Positions 1-9,321 of a DNA stretch of 64,000 bases are shown here, in pieces; the stretch's first letter is position 1; each line of letters begins with the position of its first letter. The notes beneath the pieces were generated by a model, which did not search any database, was not told where the DNA came from, and was given only the letters and a program-made list of their open reading frames with translations. The DNA lies in assembly GCA_947630495.1 (NCBI GenBank), contig CANRHS010000001.1:157-64156 (forward strand), given 5' to 3'. A program made the translations under genes and the position numbers. The DNA is from an uncultured Bacilli bacterium. Its GTDB lineage: Bacteria > Bacillota_I > Bacilli_A > RF39 > UBA660.

Positions 1-204
1 GTTATTATTTTTTAAATCTCGAACATAACCTAATAAAGTTTCATAAACTATCTTTTCATTAGCAGTTCTACTTTCAATCATAGAAATTTCATAATAAGCT
101 GAAACAATCATATAGTATTTATACCAACTAGTATGGTCAATATTCCTATAATAATTCGTTTTAGCAACATCAATTCTTCTTTTTAACTCATCTAAATCAA
201 TCAT
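1..204 (-). CDS. Hypothetical protein, 5' portion (gene runs off the left edge). Starts MIDLDELKRRIDVAKTNYYRNIDHTSWYKYY.
   Basis: Open minus-strand frame from ATG at 202-204 with a GGAGG RBS at 213-218. Not in the ORF track because it is partial. Confidence 0.4.
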   Translation of the reverse strand, partial: MIDLDELKRRIDVAKTNYYRNIDHTSWYKYYMIVSAYYEISMIESRTANEKIVYETLLGYVRDLKNNN

Positions 205-236
205 AAAAACCTCCCAAATACATTAAAAAAAGACTG

Positions 237-446
237 TTATTCGCCTTTTTCAAATCCATATTTCTTATTAAACTTGTCAACTCTACCTGCACGAGATGCT
301 CTAGTTTGTTTTCCTGTATAAAAAGGATGACATTTTGAACATACTTCAACATTGATTTCTGGTCTTGTTGAAATAGCCTTAAAAGTTTCTCCACAAGCAC
401 AAGTAACAGTTACTTCATAATTTTTAGGATGAATATCTTTTTTCAT
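237..446 (-). CDS. rpmE: 50S ribosomal protein L31, zinc-binding type (CxxC...CxxC)
   Basis: [22 protein letters not shown]...[12 protein letters not shown] is the canonical L31 N-terminus. The true start is the internal Met of the 90-aa track ORF. Confidence 0.85.
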   Translation of the reverse strand: MKKDIHPKNYEVTVTCACGETFKAISTRPEINVEVCSKCHPFYTGKQTRASRAGRVDKFNKKYGFEKGE

Positions 447-577
447 TTTAATCTCCTTTCGCCATGACAAAAAGTCATAGTAATAAACTTTTCTTATGTA
501 GTATATCAACTTTTTCTATAAAAATCAAGCATTTTTTACTCTAATTCGCTTATTTTTGCCATTTTTATCAATTAATT

Positions 578-1093
578 CTATGCAGAAACCATGATTTTAT
601 TATATTCTAAACATTTTTCTTCTAATAATTTAAACTTGCAACATCTATTTTTAATTCTAACATTTAATTTATTACTATTATATAAATCATATAGTCTCTT
701 TGATCTTTTTGTAACTAAATCAATATTTTCATTTAACCAAATTAACTGACTTGATAACAAAGTCTTATATTTTTTCTCATCAGAATTTCTTACAGTATCT
801 AAATCAAGTAATTTATAATTATTTTTCCCAACCGGTATCATGTTATTAAAATTAATAGCACCAAGTTTACCAGAATCTATTTTCATAAAATCTATAGTAT
901 TATTCATTTTTAAATGTTTAGGTTTAGGACTTGATAATGGTGTGAAATATTCCATATCATCAATATTAAATAATACACCAACAAATGGTCTTGTACTTTT
1001 CTTACCATAATTATATGGTACTTTACTATCAAATTGCCTTAAATAATCGCAATAATTCGAATCAACTATAACTAATTTTAAATAAAATATCAT
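578..1093 (-). CDS. toxN: ToxN/AbiQ-family endoribonuclease toxin of a type III toxin-antitoxin system
   Basis: 171 aa, the same size as ToxN/AbiQ. N-terminus MIFYLKLVIVDSNYCDYLRQFDSKVP resembles the ToxN/AbiQ start (MKFYTISSKYIEYLKEFDDKVP as recalled from memory). Preceded by a tandem 36-nt repeat array and a terminator. Confidence 0.55.
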   Translation of the reverse strand: MIFYLKLVIVDSNYCDYLRQFDSKVPYNYGKKSTRPFVGVLFNIDDMEYFTPLSSPKPKHLKMNNTIDFMKIDSGKLGAINFNNMIPVGKNNYKLLDLDTVRNSDEKKYKTLLSSQLIWLNENIDLVTKRSKRLYDLYNSNKLNVRIKNRCCKFKLLEEKCLEYNKIMVSA

Positions 1094-1111
1094 TTACATC
1101 ACCTATTAACT

Positions 1112-1151
1112 TTCAAATAAAATAAAGGATTAGAGCATATAACCCTAATCC
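1112..1151 (-). terminator. Rho-independent terminator/attenuator between the repeat array and toxN
   Basis: Hairpin ggattag-N11-ctaatcc (1127-1151) followed on the minus strand by tttattttatttg. Confidence 0.5.
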
Positions 1152-1161
1152 GCTTTTTCAA

Positions 1162-1262
1162 GTCCCGATTTAATGGCTGGGTTCACCGCTTTGTTAATTC
1201 CCGATTTATGGCTGGGTTTACCGCTTTGTTAATTCCCAATTTATGGCTGGGTTCACCTCTTT
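1162..1262 (-). ncRNA. toxI: ToxI/antiQ-like antitoxin RNA: about 2.8 tandem direct repeats of 35-37 nt
   Basis: Unit tcccgatttaatggctgggttcaccgctttgttaat occurs at 1162, 1198 and 1233; the third copy degenerates after ttcacc. The units abut with no spacers. Confidence 0.5.
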
Positions 1263-1379
1263 TTTTAGTTACTTTAATAAGTAACTATCCTAATATATGC
1301 ATTTCTGCATCACATAATTTCTTATGTGATATTAATATAACATTATTTTTTATTAAAGTCAACACTTTTTTGTAACTTT

Positions 1380-2102
1380 TTATAAAGTATTTTCTATTTT
1401 TTTAATAACTTCATTAGCAATTTTTAAATAACCTCGACTAGTTAAATGATAGTCTTTTTCATTTGGTAAATAAGTTTTATCTTGTTTAATAGCATCATAA
1501 ATATCAACATAAGTTATCTTATATTTATCGGCTAAAGATTTATACTTATCATTTAAATAAGCAAATATTCTGCTTGATTCTTTAGTATCTTGATATGGGT
1601 TATAATAACCTATTAAAATTATTTTAGTTTTTGATAAGGAAGTTATATTTTTTAATAAAGTATCCATATTACTTATCATAGTATCTAGTTTAGGTTTTAT
1701 GATATCTAAATCTGCTTTCATGTTTAATATTTCAACTAACTCATCCATGCCAATGGCAATTGTTACTAAATCGGCTTCTCTTAGTTCTTTTTTGATATTA
1801 TAAGTTTTATCATCATATAAAACTGATTTATCATCTTTGATATCATCAATTAGTTCTAAAATAGTATAGTTATTCTTAGAGTAATAAGAGTTATATTTAT
1901 GAAGTAAATCATTATTTTCTAAATATGATTTTAAATAGTCATTATAACCATAACTATGGTTACCATAAGAGTTTATACCTTCATTAATTGAATCACCTAA
2001 AGACATATAATCTATTAATTCATTATCATTAGCTTTATAAATAATATAAACTAAAACAAAAATTAAGACTACAACAAGTATTTTTTTCATTAGAGCCTCC
2101 AA
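1380..2102 (-). CDS. SGNH/GDSL-family hydrolase, membrane-anchored or secreted
   Basis: N-terminal hydrophobic helix, then the GDS block SLGDSINEG and a C-terminal DYHLTSRGY (DxxH) block. Confidence 0.5.
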   Translation of the reverse strand: MEALMKKILVVVLIFVLVYIIYKANDNELIDYMSLGDSINEGINSYGNHSYGYNDYLKSYLENNDLLHKYNSYYSKNNYTILELIDDIKDDKSVLYDDKTYNIKKELREADLVTIAIGMDELVEILNMKADLDIIKPKLDTMISNMDTLLKNITSLSKTKIILIGYYNPYQDTKESSRIFAYLNDKYKSLADKYKITYVDIYDAIKQDKTYLPNEKDYHLTSRGYLKIANEVIKKIENTL

Positions 2103-2128
2103 AATAAAAAGATTAAAGATATATTTTA

Positions 2129-3388
2129 TTATATTTCTTTAATCTCTATTTTAGCACCTACGTTTGTCAATTTTTCTACTATTTGCTCGTATCCTCTTAA
2201 AATATGTTCAATATTTTCTATTTCAGTGTCACCTTCTGCTGCTAAAGCTGCAATTAGAAGGGAAGCACCTGCTCTAAGATCGGTAGCACTTACTTTCGTA
2301 CCTTTTAATTTGGTTGGTCCACTTATGGTTATGGTTTTCCCGTTCTGTGAGATATTTGCTCCCATTTTATTTAAATAGGGAACATTCATAAATCTATTTT
2401 CATAGATATTCTCAGTTATATGACTTTCACCTGAGGCTCTTGTTAAAAGGGTAGTGAAGGGTTGTTGTAAATCCGTTGGAAAACCTGGATAAACATGGGT
2501 TTCAATATCTACTTTTTTTAGTTTATTTTGACTATCAATTATTAAGTAATCGGAATGAATATCAAGATTAGCCCCCATTTCTTCAAGTTTATCTGTTACA
2601 CTTTTGATATGTTCTGGAATAATGTTATCAACTTTTAAATAATCACCAAGTAAGGCTCCAATTATAGTATAAGTTCCTGCTTCAATCCTATCAGGAATTA
2701 TATCATGATTTGTTCCATTTAAACTTTCAACTCCTGTAATTGTAATGGAATTAGTTCCGGCTCCTTCAATCTTGGCACCCATTTTATTAAGCATATCTAC
2801 TAAATCTACTATTTCGGGTTCTCTGGCGGCATTGGTAATAATAGTTTTACCTTTAGCTAAAGAGGCAACGATAATCGAGTTGATGGTTGCTCCAACACTT
2901 GGCATATCTAAAGGAATCTTAGCACCTTTTAAAACTTTCGCATCAATTACAAATAAACAACCATTTTCTTCTATTGTAGCTCCAAGTAATTTAAAGGCTT
3001 TTAAGGTTTGATCAATTGGCCGGGATCCTATTTGACATCCTCCTGGGAAATACATCTCAACATGCTTAAACCTTGCTAAAAGAACGGCCATAAAATAGTA
3101 AGAAGCTCGAAGTTTATTCGATAACTCCTCAGGAATTGCTTTATTTTCTAAATTTTTAGTATCAATTAAAAGACTACCACTGGCTCTTTTAACCGATACA
3201 TTTAAATATTCTAAAGTTTTTTCTAAAACATCTATATCTGAAATATCAGGAACGTTGCAAAGAGTTGTTACCCCATTTGCAAGCAAAGTTGCAGGAATTA
3301 AAGCAACAGCACTATTCTTAGCTCCACTTATTCTTATGCTTCCTGTTAGTTTTTGATTTCCTGTTACATTTAATACTTTCATTTTCAA
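2129..3388 (-). CDS. murA: UDP-N-acetylglucosamine 1-carboxyvinyltransferase
   Basis: 419 aa. KLTGSIRISGAKNSAVALIPA N-terminus and active-site region FPGGCQIGSRPID. Confidence 0.85.
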   Translation of the reverse strand: MKMKVLNVTGNQKLTGSIRISGAKNSAVALIPATLLANGVTTLCNVPDISDIDVLEKTLEYLNVSVKRASGSLLIDTKNLENKAIPEELSNKLRASYYFMAVLLARFKHVEMYFPGGCQIGSRPIDQTLKAFKLLGATIEENGCLFVIDAKVLKGAKIPLDMPSVGATINSIIVASLAKGKTIITNAAREPEIVDLVDMLNKMGAKIEGAGTNSITITGVESLNGTNHDIIPDRIEAGTYTIIGALLGDYLKVDNIIPEHIKSVTDKLEEMGANLDIHSDYLIIDSQNKLKKVDIETHVYPGFPTDLQQPFTTLLTRASGESHITENIYENRFMNVPYLNKMGANISQNGKTITISGPTKLKGTKVSATDLRAGASLLIAALAAEGDTEIENIEHILRGYEQIVEKLTNVGAKIEIKEI

Positions 3389-3410
3389 TCACCACTATAT
3401 TTTATTTGTT

Positions 3411-4259
3411 TTATTTATTAATGTTAATCTTGGAAGCAACTGTTTCTTTAATAGCCTCAAAACCTGCTCCAATTATTTTTCTAGGGTCAATTACTTCTTT
3501 GTTTTCTTTAACAAATTCACGTACGGCTTTACTCCAAGCATCTTGAATATCGGAATTAATATTTATCTTGGTAATACCTGCTTCTTTGCATTTCTTAAGA
3601 ACTTTTAGATCTAATCCACTTCCTCCATGTAATACTAAAGGAACCGGTACTTCATTAGCTAAATTTTCAATTAGTTTATAGTCAATATTAAGTTCTCCCT
3701 TATAAATTCCATGAACTGTTCCAACTGAAGGGGCAACAGAATCAATCTTAGTATCTTGGACAAATCTTAAACAATCTTCTAAAGTTGTATTAGTTCCTTT
3801 TTCTAATTGATTATTCTTAAGTTCTCCCATAGAACCAATTTCTGCTTCAACTGAAACATCATTATTCTTGGCATATTTAACTACTTCTGATACTTTCTCA
3901 ACATTTTCTTGATATGGTTTATCTGACATATCTAGCATAACCGAAGTAAAACCAGCATCAATTGCTCGCATACAACTTTCAACACTTTTACCATGATCAA
4001 GATGCAAACAAACATCAATTTTTATTTCTAAATCAACAATTAAACTATAAACTAAAGATGCAACAACATCATAGCCTCCCATATATTTAATAGCACTTTC
4101 AGATACTCCTAGAATAACAGGAACTTTTAACTTATCACATTCTTCTAGAATACATTTAGCCCATTCTAAATTATTAATATTAAAATGAAAAACTACCTCT
4201 CTTTTTTTCTTAGCATTTAAAAGCATTTTTTTACTATTAACTAACATATTAATCACCAA
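3411..4259 (-). CDS. fba: Class II fructose-1,6-bisphosphate aldolase
   Basis: 282 aa with LHLDHGKS, VMLDMS, EAEIGSMGE and VLHGGSGL motifs. Confidence 0.8.
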   Translation of the reverse strand: MVINMLVNSKKMLLNAKKKREVVFHFNINNLEWAKCILEECDKLKVPVILGVSESAIKYMGGYDVVASLVYSLIVDLEIKIDVCLHLDHGKSVESCMRAIDAGFTSVMLDMSDKPYQENVEKVSEVVKYAKNNDVSVEAEIGSMGELKNNQLEKGTNTTLEDCLRFVQDTKIDSVAPSVGTVHGIYKGELNIDYKLIENLANEVPVPLVLHGGSGLDLKVLKKCKEAGITKININSDIQDAWSKAVREFVKENKEVIDPRKIIGAGFEAIKETVASKININK

Positions 4260-4319
4260 CTAAAGAATACTACATTTTTTTTGAAAAGTAAAGAAAAAAA
4301 GCACATTTCGTGCTAATTT

Positions 4320-5708
4320 CTATCTCTTTGACGTTGGCTCTTGTTCAATACCAAACATATCTAAACCAATTAAGGCTTGATTATAATAATCTCCATTAAA
4401 TTCAACAACATCACTACCTAATAAGCAGTAGTTACCCCAACAAATATTTCTAATTGCATCTTGGGCTTCATAACTTAATTCACTGAATGAAACTGCTACT
4501 TCTTGTCCTTGAACTGTTAACCATAATGGTTGATCATTTATGATATATTGAACCATATCTCTAACAATACGATTATTTATTTCTTTAGCTTCCATGGCAT
4601 TATTTTGACAATATCCTAAATCTATTACCTCTATATTTAAATCTGAAAAATATTTTATATATTCGTAATCAATTGAACTTAAACCAGGTATTATTCTTTC
4701 AAAATGGGTTTTTCTAGGTGCCTCGGTTAATTCTCTATAATAATCAAGAGGTTTTTTACCAGATGTTGCAAAATAACTTAAGTCTCCTAAATTAGCAGCC
4801 ATAACTTCATAAAAATATTCAAGATTTAAAGTTGTAATATCTTTTACATCATTAGTTGTATATCTTCCTTGATCCTCTAATCCTTTAGAATTAATAATAG
4901 TAAATAATTCTGTACTATCTTCATAATCATCATAATATTCATAATCTTCACTAAAATCCCAATATTCATCAGCAGGAAATTCGTCTTCTAATAAAATAGC
5001 AGGTTCTACTGTAGGCATAGCCTCTGGTATAGAAGTTGGAGTTATAGTTTCTATTGTTGTTGATGTAGGAACATTAGAACTCTCTTCTCCTTTTTTTCTA
5101 CCACAACTATAAGTACCTACTAAAATTACTCCGGCTGTTACTAAAGCTAAAACTCTTTTGGTAGTCTTTAGATTTTTTATTTTTAATTCACCAATTGCTC
5201 TTTTTAGTTTTACTGAAACTTTTTCCTTATGAGAAATTAAACCTTCATAACTGTCTTCTGAACCTAATCTATAATCTGCTTTTACACAAGCCTTAGAGGC
5301 ATCAAGTATTTGATTATAATCTTCTATATTGTTAAAATCCTTACTATTGTATGTTTCTGGTTCATGTATTGCATATTCTACAACGAAATAAGGTTCTTCT
5401 GCCTCTTCATGAATAGTTATTTTAGTTATAATATCTTCAGTAGTTTCAATAATATAACCTTCGTCTTTTAAATGTTCGATTGCCCCTTTAATATCTTTAT
5501 CATTAAGATAATCTTCTAAACCATCAGGATAAGCATCAAACATTTCTTTCAATAATTCAAGTCTATATTTCTTTTTGTTTTCTTTTGATTCTTTAAATCC
5601 ATATTTAGTGGTTCCATTACTTCTTAAAGCAACAAAACCTAAAATTTTACTTTCATCGTTTTTAACGATTACTAATCTTTTAATTTTATTTTCCATAATT
5701 CCCCTCAC
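4320..5708 (-). CDS. Hypothetical single-pass membrane protein: cytoplasmic N-domain, acidic linker, extracytoplasmic C-domain
   Basis: Central TM segment VLALVTAGVILVGTYSC followed by a T/P-rich linker and an acidic DEFPADEYWDFSEDYEYYDDYED stretch. Confidence 0.35.
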   Translation of the reverse strand: MRGIMENKIKRLVIVKNDESKILGFVALRSNGTTKYGFKESKENKKKYRLELLKEMFDAYPDGLEDYLNDKDIKGAIEHLKDEGYIIETTEDIITKITIHEEAEEPYFVVEYAIHEPETYNSKDFNNIEDYNQILDASKACVKADYRLGSEDSYEGLISHKEKVSVKLKRAIGELKIKNLKTTKRVLALVTAGVILVGTYSCGRKKGEESSNVPTSTTIETITPTSIPEAMPTVEPAILLEDEFPADEYWDFSEDYEYYDDYEDSTELFTIINSKGLEDQGRYTTNDVKDITTLNLEYFYEVMAANLGDLSYFATSGKKPLDYYRELTEAPRKTHFERIIPGLSSIDYEYIKYFSDLNIEVIDLGYCQNNAMEAKEINNRIVRDMVQYIINDQPLWLTVQGQEVAVSFSELSYEAQDAIRNICWGNYCLLGSDVVEFNGDYYNQALIGLDMFGIEQEPTSKR

Positions 5709-5766
5709 TTGGTGTCATATTATACTACAAAGTTTAATAAAAGTCAAGTTTTTTGTTAAAATTTTG

Positions 5767-6291
5767 CTAACCAACATATTTATCGATTATTTCTTTAACA
5801 TAAAACTGATATGTTACATCTTTGGTATCTTCATTTCCTTCTAAAAGACATAGGGGAGGGAACAACACACACCACCAATTGTCACCAGTACCTTTACCTA
5901 AAGTTATTACTAAAGATTCATACTCTCCTTCATCATATAAAACACCTTTATAATACTTTTTAGGAAAATAATTCTTTCCAAACTTAACATCATAGTTATA
6001 ATCAGTTGTATCGTCTATTACAATATTTAACTTATCTAAATTTTCATTAATAATCATTCTTGCTTCTTCAATACTTTTTGTATCTTTAAGTAATTTAGCA
6101 AGCTCCGCTTCTACTTCCTTTTTAACCTTTAACTTTTCATTTATATCATCAGTTTCATTAGAACTTGCTATTATTCTAATTCTAATCGATTCTTTAGGTA
6201 TTACTATATTATCATTTTTATTTTTAACTAACACGACTACTATTAAAGCAATTATTATTAACACCATTGTTTTTGTCTTCAAAAAAATCAC
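5767..6291 (-). CDS. spoIIR: Stage II sporulation protein R-like
   Basis: N-terminal signal/TM, then the conserved GDNWWCVLFPPLC block that I recall as characteristic of SpoIIR. Confidence 0.45.
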   Translation of the reverse strand: MIFLKTKTMVLIIIALIVVVLVKNKNDNIVIPKESIRIRIIASSNETDDINEKLKVKKEVEAELAKLLKDTKSIEEARMIINENLDKLNIVIDDTTDYNYDVKFGKNYFPKKYYKGVLYDEGEYESLVITLGKGTGDNWWCVLFPPLCLLEGNEDTKDVTYQFYVKEIIDKYVG

Positions 6292-6324
6292 CTTTCATAT
6301 TAATAATGGGTGATTTCTTCTTTT

Positions 6325-7161
6325 TTATTCATTTATTTCTATATTTTTAAAGATAAAAACCATTCGAGGATTACCTTCCATATCTTTTTTAGTTATTATT
6401 TTAATATTTTTTAAATATTTATTTGCAAGATTAACTACCTCATTTTCTTGATTATAACCTATTTCAAAAGCTATTAAATATTTATCATTTAAATAATTTT
6501 CACATGTACTTAAGATCTTATCATAATATTCTAAACCATTGTTATCGGCAAATAAAGCTAAATGAGGTTCATTATCGAAAACTAACTTTTCTATTTTCTC
6601 ATCTTGATAACTTATATAAGGTGGATTAGTAATAATTACGTCATATTTATCATGAATATTTTGAAATAAGTCTGATTCTATTATCTTAACATCTAAATCT
6701 AATCTTTCTTGATTAATTTTTGCAACCTCAAGAGCATCAATTGATATATCACTTAAAGTAACATCAAGATTATTATTTAAATACTTTAAAGTTAAACCTA
6801 TACATCCACTTCCTGTACCTAAATCTAAAACTTTAATATTATTACTAAAATATTTATTTAGATAATTATTGGTATTACTAACTAATTCTTCGGTTTCAAA
6901 TCTTGGAATTAAAACTCTTTTATCAACATAGAAATCAAGTCCATAGAAGTTTGTATTTTTAAGAGCATATTGTAAAGGTTCTCCTTTTTCTAAACTTTCT
7001 AGTAATTCTTTAAATTTTATTTCTATTTCTAAGTCTACTATATCATTTAAATGTAAACTTAATTCTAAAGGATTCATATTCAAAAGAATTGCTAATAATA
7101 ACTTAGTTTGGTCTTTATGAACTGTCTTATTTCCAAGACAAAGTAATTCTTCAATCTTCAC
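6325..7161 (-). CDS. prmC: Release-factor glutamine N5-methyltransferase
   Basis: 278 aa with VLDLGTGSGCIG and ITNPPYI. Lies immediately downstream of prfA. Confidence 0.85.
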   Translation of the reverse strand: MKIEELLCLGNKTVHKDQTKLLLAILLNMNPLELSLHLNDIVDLEIEIKFKELLESLEKGEPLQYALKNTNFYGLDFYVDKRVLIPRFETEELVSNTNNYLNKYFSNNIKVLDLGTGSGCIGLTLKYLNNNLDVTLSDISIDALEVAKINQERLDLDVKIIESDLFQNIHDKYDVIITNPPYISYQDEKIEKLVFDNEPHLALFADNNGLEYYDKILSTCENYLNDKYLIAFEIGYNQENEVVNLANKYLKNIKIITKKDMEGNPRMVFIFKNIEINE

Positions 7162-8241
7162 TTATTCGCCTCGAAGTTTTCTAATTTGATCTTCTTTAAT
7201 TAAAGCTTCGATGATCGGATCAAGTTCGCCTTCCATAACTCTATCTAATTGTTTAGTTGTAAATCCTATTCTGTGGTCAGTTACTCTATTTTGAGGATAG
7301 TTATAAGTTCTTATTTTTTCACTTCTGTCCCCAGTTCCAATTTTACTTTTACGAATTGCACCAGTTTCTGCTTCTTCTTTTGCACTCATATAGTCATAGA
7401 CTCTACTTTTTAAGATTTGGAAGGCTTTTTCACGATTTTTTATTTGACTTCTTTCATTTTGACAAGTAACAACAATTCCGGTTGGAATATGAATCATTCG
7501 AACAGCACTATCGGTTGTATTAACATGTTGTCCTCCAGCCCCACTACTTCTATATATATCAACGCGAATATCACTTTCTTTAATATCTACTTCAAAGTCT
7601 TCGGCCTCAGGCATAACTAAAACTGTTGCCGTTGATGTTTGAATACGACCATTTGCTTCTGTAACTGGTACTCTTTGAACTCTATGAGAACCACTTTCAT
7701 ACTTAAACTTCGAGTAAGCATTTTTCCCTTTAACCATAAATTCAATTAAAGTATAGCCTCCACTTGTACCATCTATTGCATTTAAAACTTCAACTTGAAA
7801 TCCACTTTTAAGAGCATATTTTTCATACATTCTAAATAAGTCTCCGGCAAAAATATTTCCTTCATCTCCACCGGCTGCTCCTCGGATTTCCATTAAAACA
7901 TTCTTTACATCATTTTTATCTTTAGGTATTAGTAATAACTCTAATTCATGTTCTAAGTCTTCTTTCTCTTTTTCAAGTCTTGCAATCTCTTCTGTTGCAA
8001 ACTCTGCTAATTCTTTATCATTTAGCATATTTTTTGCTTCTTCTAAATCACTTAAAACATGAGAATATTTATCATAGCAAGCAACAACATCTTCAATACT
8101 TGCAAGTTCAATTGATATTTCCTTAGATTTTTTAACATCACTTAAAACCTCAGGTTTCATAAGTTCTTCATTTAATTCTTCAAATTTCTTTTTAATTGAT
8201 TCTAATCTTTCTAACATTTTAGCCTCCTTTTCCTTAATCAA
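7162..8241 (-). CDS. prfA: Peptide chain release factor 1
   Basis: PVT tripeptide, GGQHVNTTDSAVR (GGQ) motif, 359 aa. Confidence 0.9.
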   Translation of the reverse strand: MIKEKEAKMLERLESIKKKFEELNEELMKPEVLSDVKKSKEISIELASIEDVVACYDKYSHVLSDLEEAKNMLNDKELAEFATEEIARLEKEKEDLEHELELLLIPKDKNDVKNVLMEIRGAAGGDEGNIFAGDLFRMYEKYALKSGFQVEVLNAIDGTSGGYTLIEFMVKGKNAYSKFKYESGSHRVQRVPVTEANGRIQTSTATVLVMPEAEDFEVDIKESDIRVDIYRSSGAGGQHVNTTDSAVRMIHIPTGIVVTCQNERSQIKNREKAFQILKSRVYDYMSAKEEAETGAIRKSKIGTGDRSEKIRTYNYPQNRVTDHRIGFTTKQLDRVMEGELDPIIEALIKEDQIRKLRGE

Positions 8242-8256
8242 TATATAGAAGGACTG

Positions 8257-8718
8257 CTAATTCAAATCATCTTCATCTAATACCACTAAATCTGATAAAT
8301 CATCATCATCATCAGTTGCATCAAAGTCATCATCATCAACGGAAACATCATCTGTATATTCATCCCCATATTCATCTTCTAGCATCATATCTTCTTCATC
8401 ATTATCAATTAAGTCCTCTTCCTCTTCTTCTTCCTCTTCTAAAGAGTCAACAATAACCTTATCAGATGTATGTCTCTTTCTTAAATCCCATACTCCATCA
8501 ACTAAAATAAACCTTTTATCAGTTGCAAGGGAAGTATAGTAATCTCCTATCTTATTTTCAATTGTTGCTGGTGGCAACTCCAACTTTGTTACAATCTCAG
8601 TAAATAAATCAAGGGTATTAATTCCTTTTTTAGAATTCTCTAAAATCATAAATGTAATATCCTTATAAGATAAATTTTCAATATCTTCTTTTTTAATCTC
8701 TTTCATAAAATCCTCCAT
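8257..8718 (-). CDS. rpoE: DNA-directed RNA polymerase delta subunit
   Basis: HARE-HTH-like N-terminus (SYKDITFMILEN...TLDLFTEI) and a long poly-Asp/Glu acidic tail. Confidence 0.7.
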   Translation of the reverse strand: MEDFMKEIKKEDIENLSYKDITFMILENSKKGINTLDLFTEIVTKLELPPATIENKIGDYYTSLATDKRFILVDGVWDLRKRHTSDKVIVDSLEEEEEEEEDLIDNDEEDMMLEDEYGDEYTDDVSVDDDDFDATDDDDDLSDLVVLDEDDLN

Positions 8719-8722
8719 TTTA

Positions 8723-9058
8723 TCACTTTATCTTTATAATTATCAAAAATACATCTTCGTAAGACTTATATTTAACTTTAAAATAATTATCTTTATTTTC
8801 AAGTTCTAATATATTTATATTTAAACATATGGTTTTGTTACTACTTTTTTCTTTAATTAAAGCTTTTTCTTCGTTAAAGAGAAAAGTTATTTCAATATCA
8901 TCATTTATTCTTTTTAAGATATTTTCTTCTTTTTGTAATATCATCTTGGAATCTAAAGTTTTAAAAATTATTTTTTTATTACTTAAAATTCCTTTTATAT
9001 TGTATTCATATTTTTCATTTCTTAAACAATATTTTACTAATAAATTTACTTTTCCCAT
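8723..9058 (-). CDS. Hypothetical protein
   Basis: 111-aa ORF downstream of rpoE; no recognisable motifs. Confidence 0.3.
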   Translation of the reverse strand: MGKVNLLVKYCLRNEKYEYNIKGILSNKKIIFKTLDSKMILQKEENILKRINDDIEITFLFNEEKALIKEKSSNKTICLNINILELENKDNYFKVKYKSYEDVFLIIIKIK

Positions 9059-9226
9059 AACTCACCGACACATATAAAATATATATCGACTAGCATTATA
9101 CCACAAATAGAGTAATTTGAACACATATTTTTAATATTTTTGCTTTAGTTTTAAAAAATAATCGTTATTTTCTTTATATTACTTAAATTTGATATAACAA
9201 ATAAGTTATGTTTAACCATCTAAAGT

Positions 9227-9255
9227 TTGACAACATGACTATTTCTTGCTATAAT
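9227..9255 (+). promoter_or_regulatory. Perfect sigma-A consensus promoter TTGACA-17-TATAAT for paralogue A
   Basis: ttgaca at 9227-9232 and tataat at 9250-9255, spacer exactly 17 nt. Followed by the palindrome ccaaattgg and RBS aggaaggaag. Confidence 0.6.
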
Positions 9256-9321
9256 ATGACCCAAATTGGTTTGAATTATTTATAAATAAAAATTTAAATT
9301 TATTAGGAAGGAAGAATTACT

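Noticed and set aside
197-400. 67-aa ORF overlapping rpmE and the leftmost partial gene
   Set aside because: It overlaps two better-supported frames, so I treat it as spurious.
1162-1262. Possible CRISPR array (three roughly 36-bp direct repeats)
   Set aside because: The repeats abut directly with no spacers between them, and a ToxN-like gene and a terminator follow. The type III TA antitoxin RNA explains them better. No cas genes are present.
2745-3011. Short antisense ORFs inside murA, prfA, mnmE, yidC and others (e.g. 2745-3011, 7417-7620, 56915-57289, 63517-63702)
   Set aside because: They lie entirely within well-supported genes on the opposite strand and have a skewed low-complexity composition, which is typical of AT-rich shadow ORFs.
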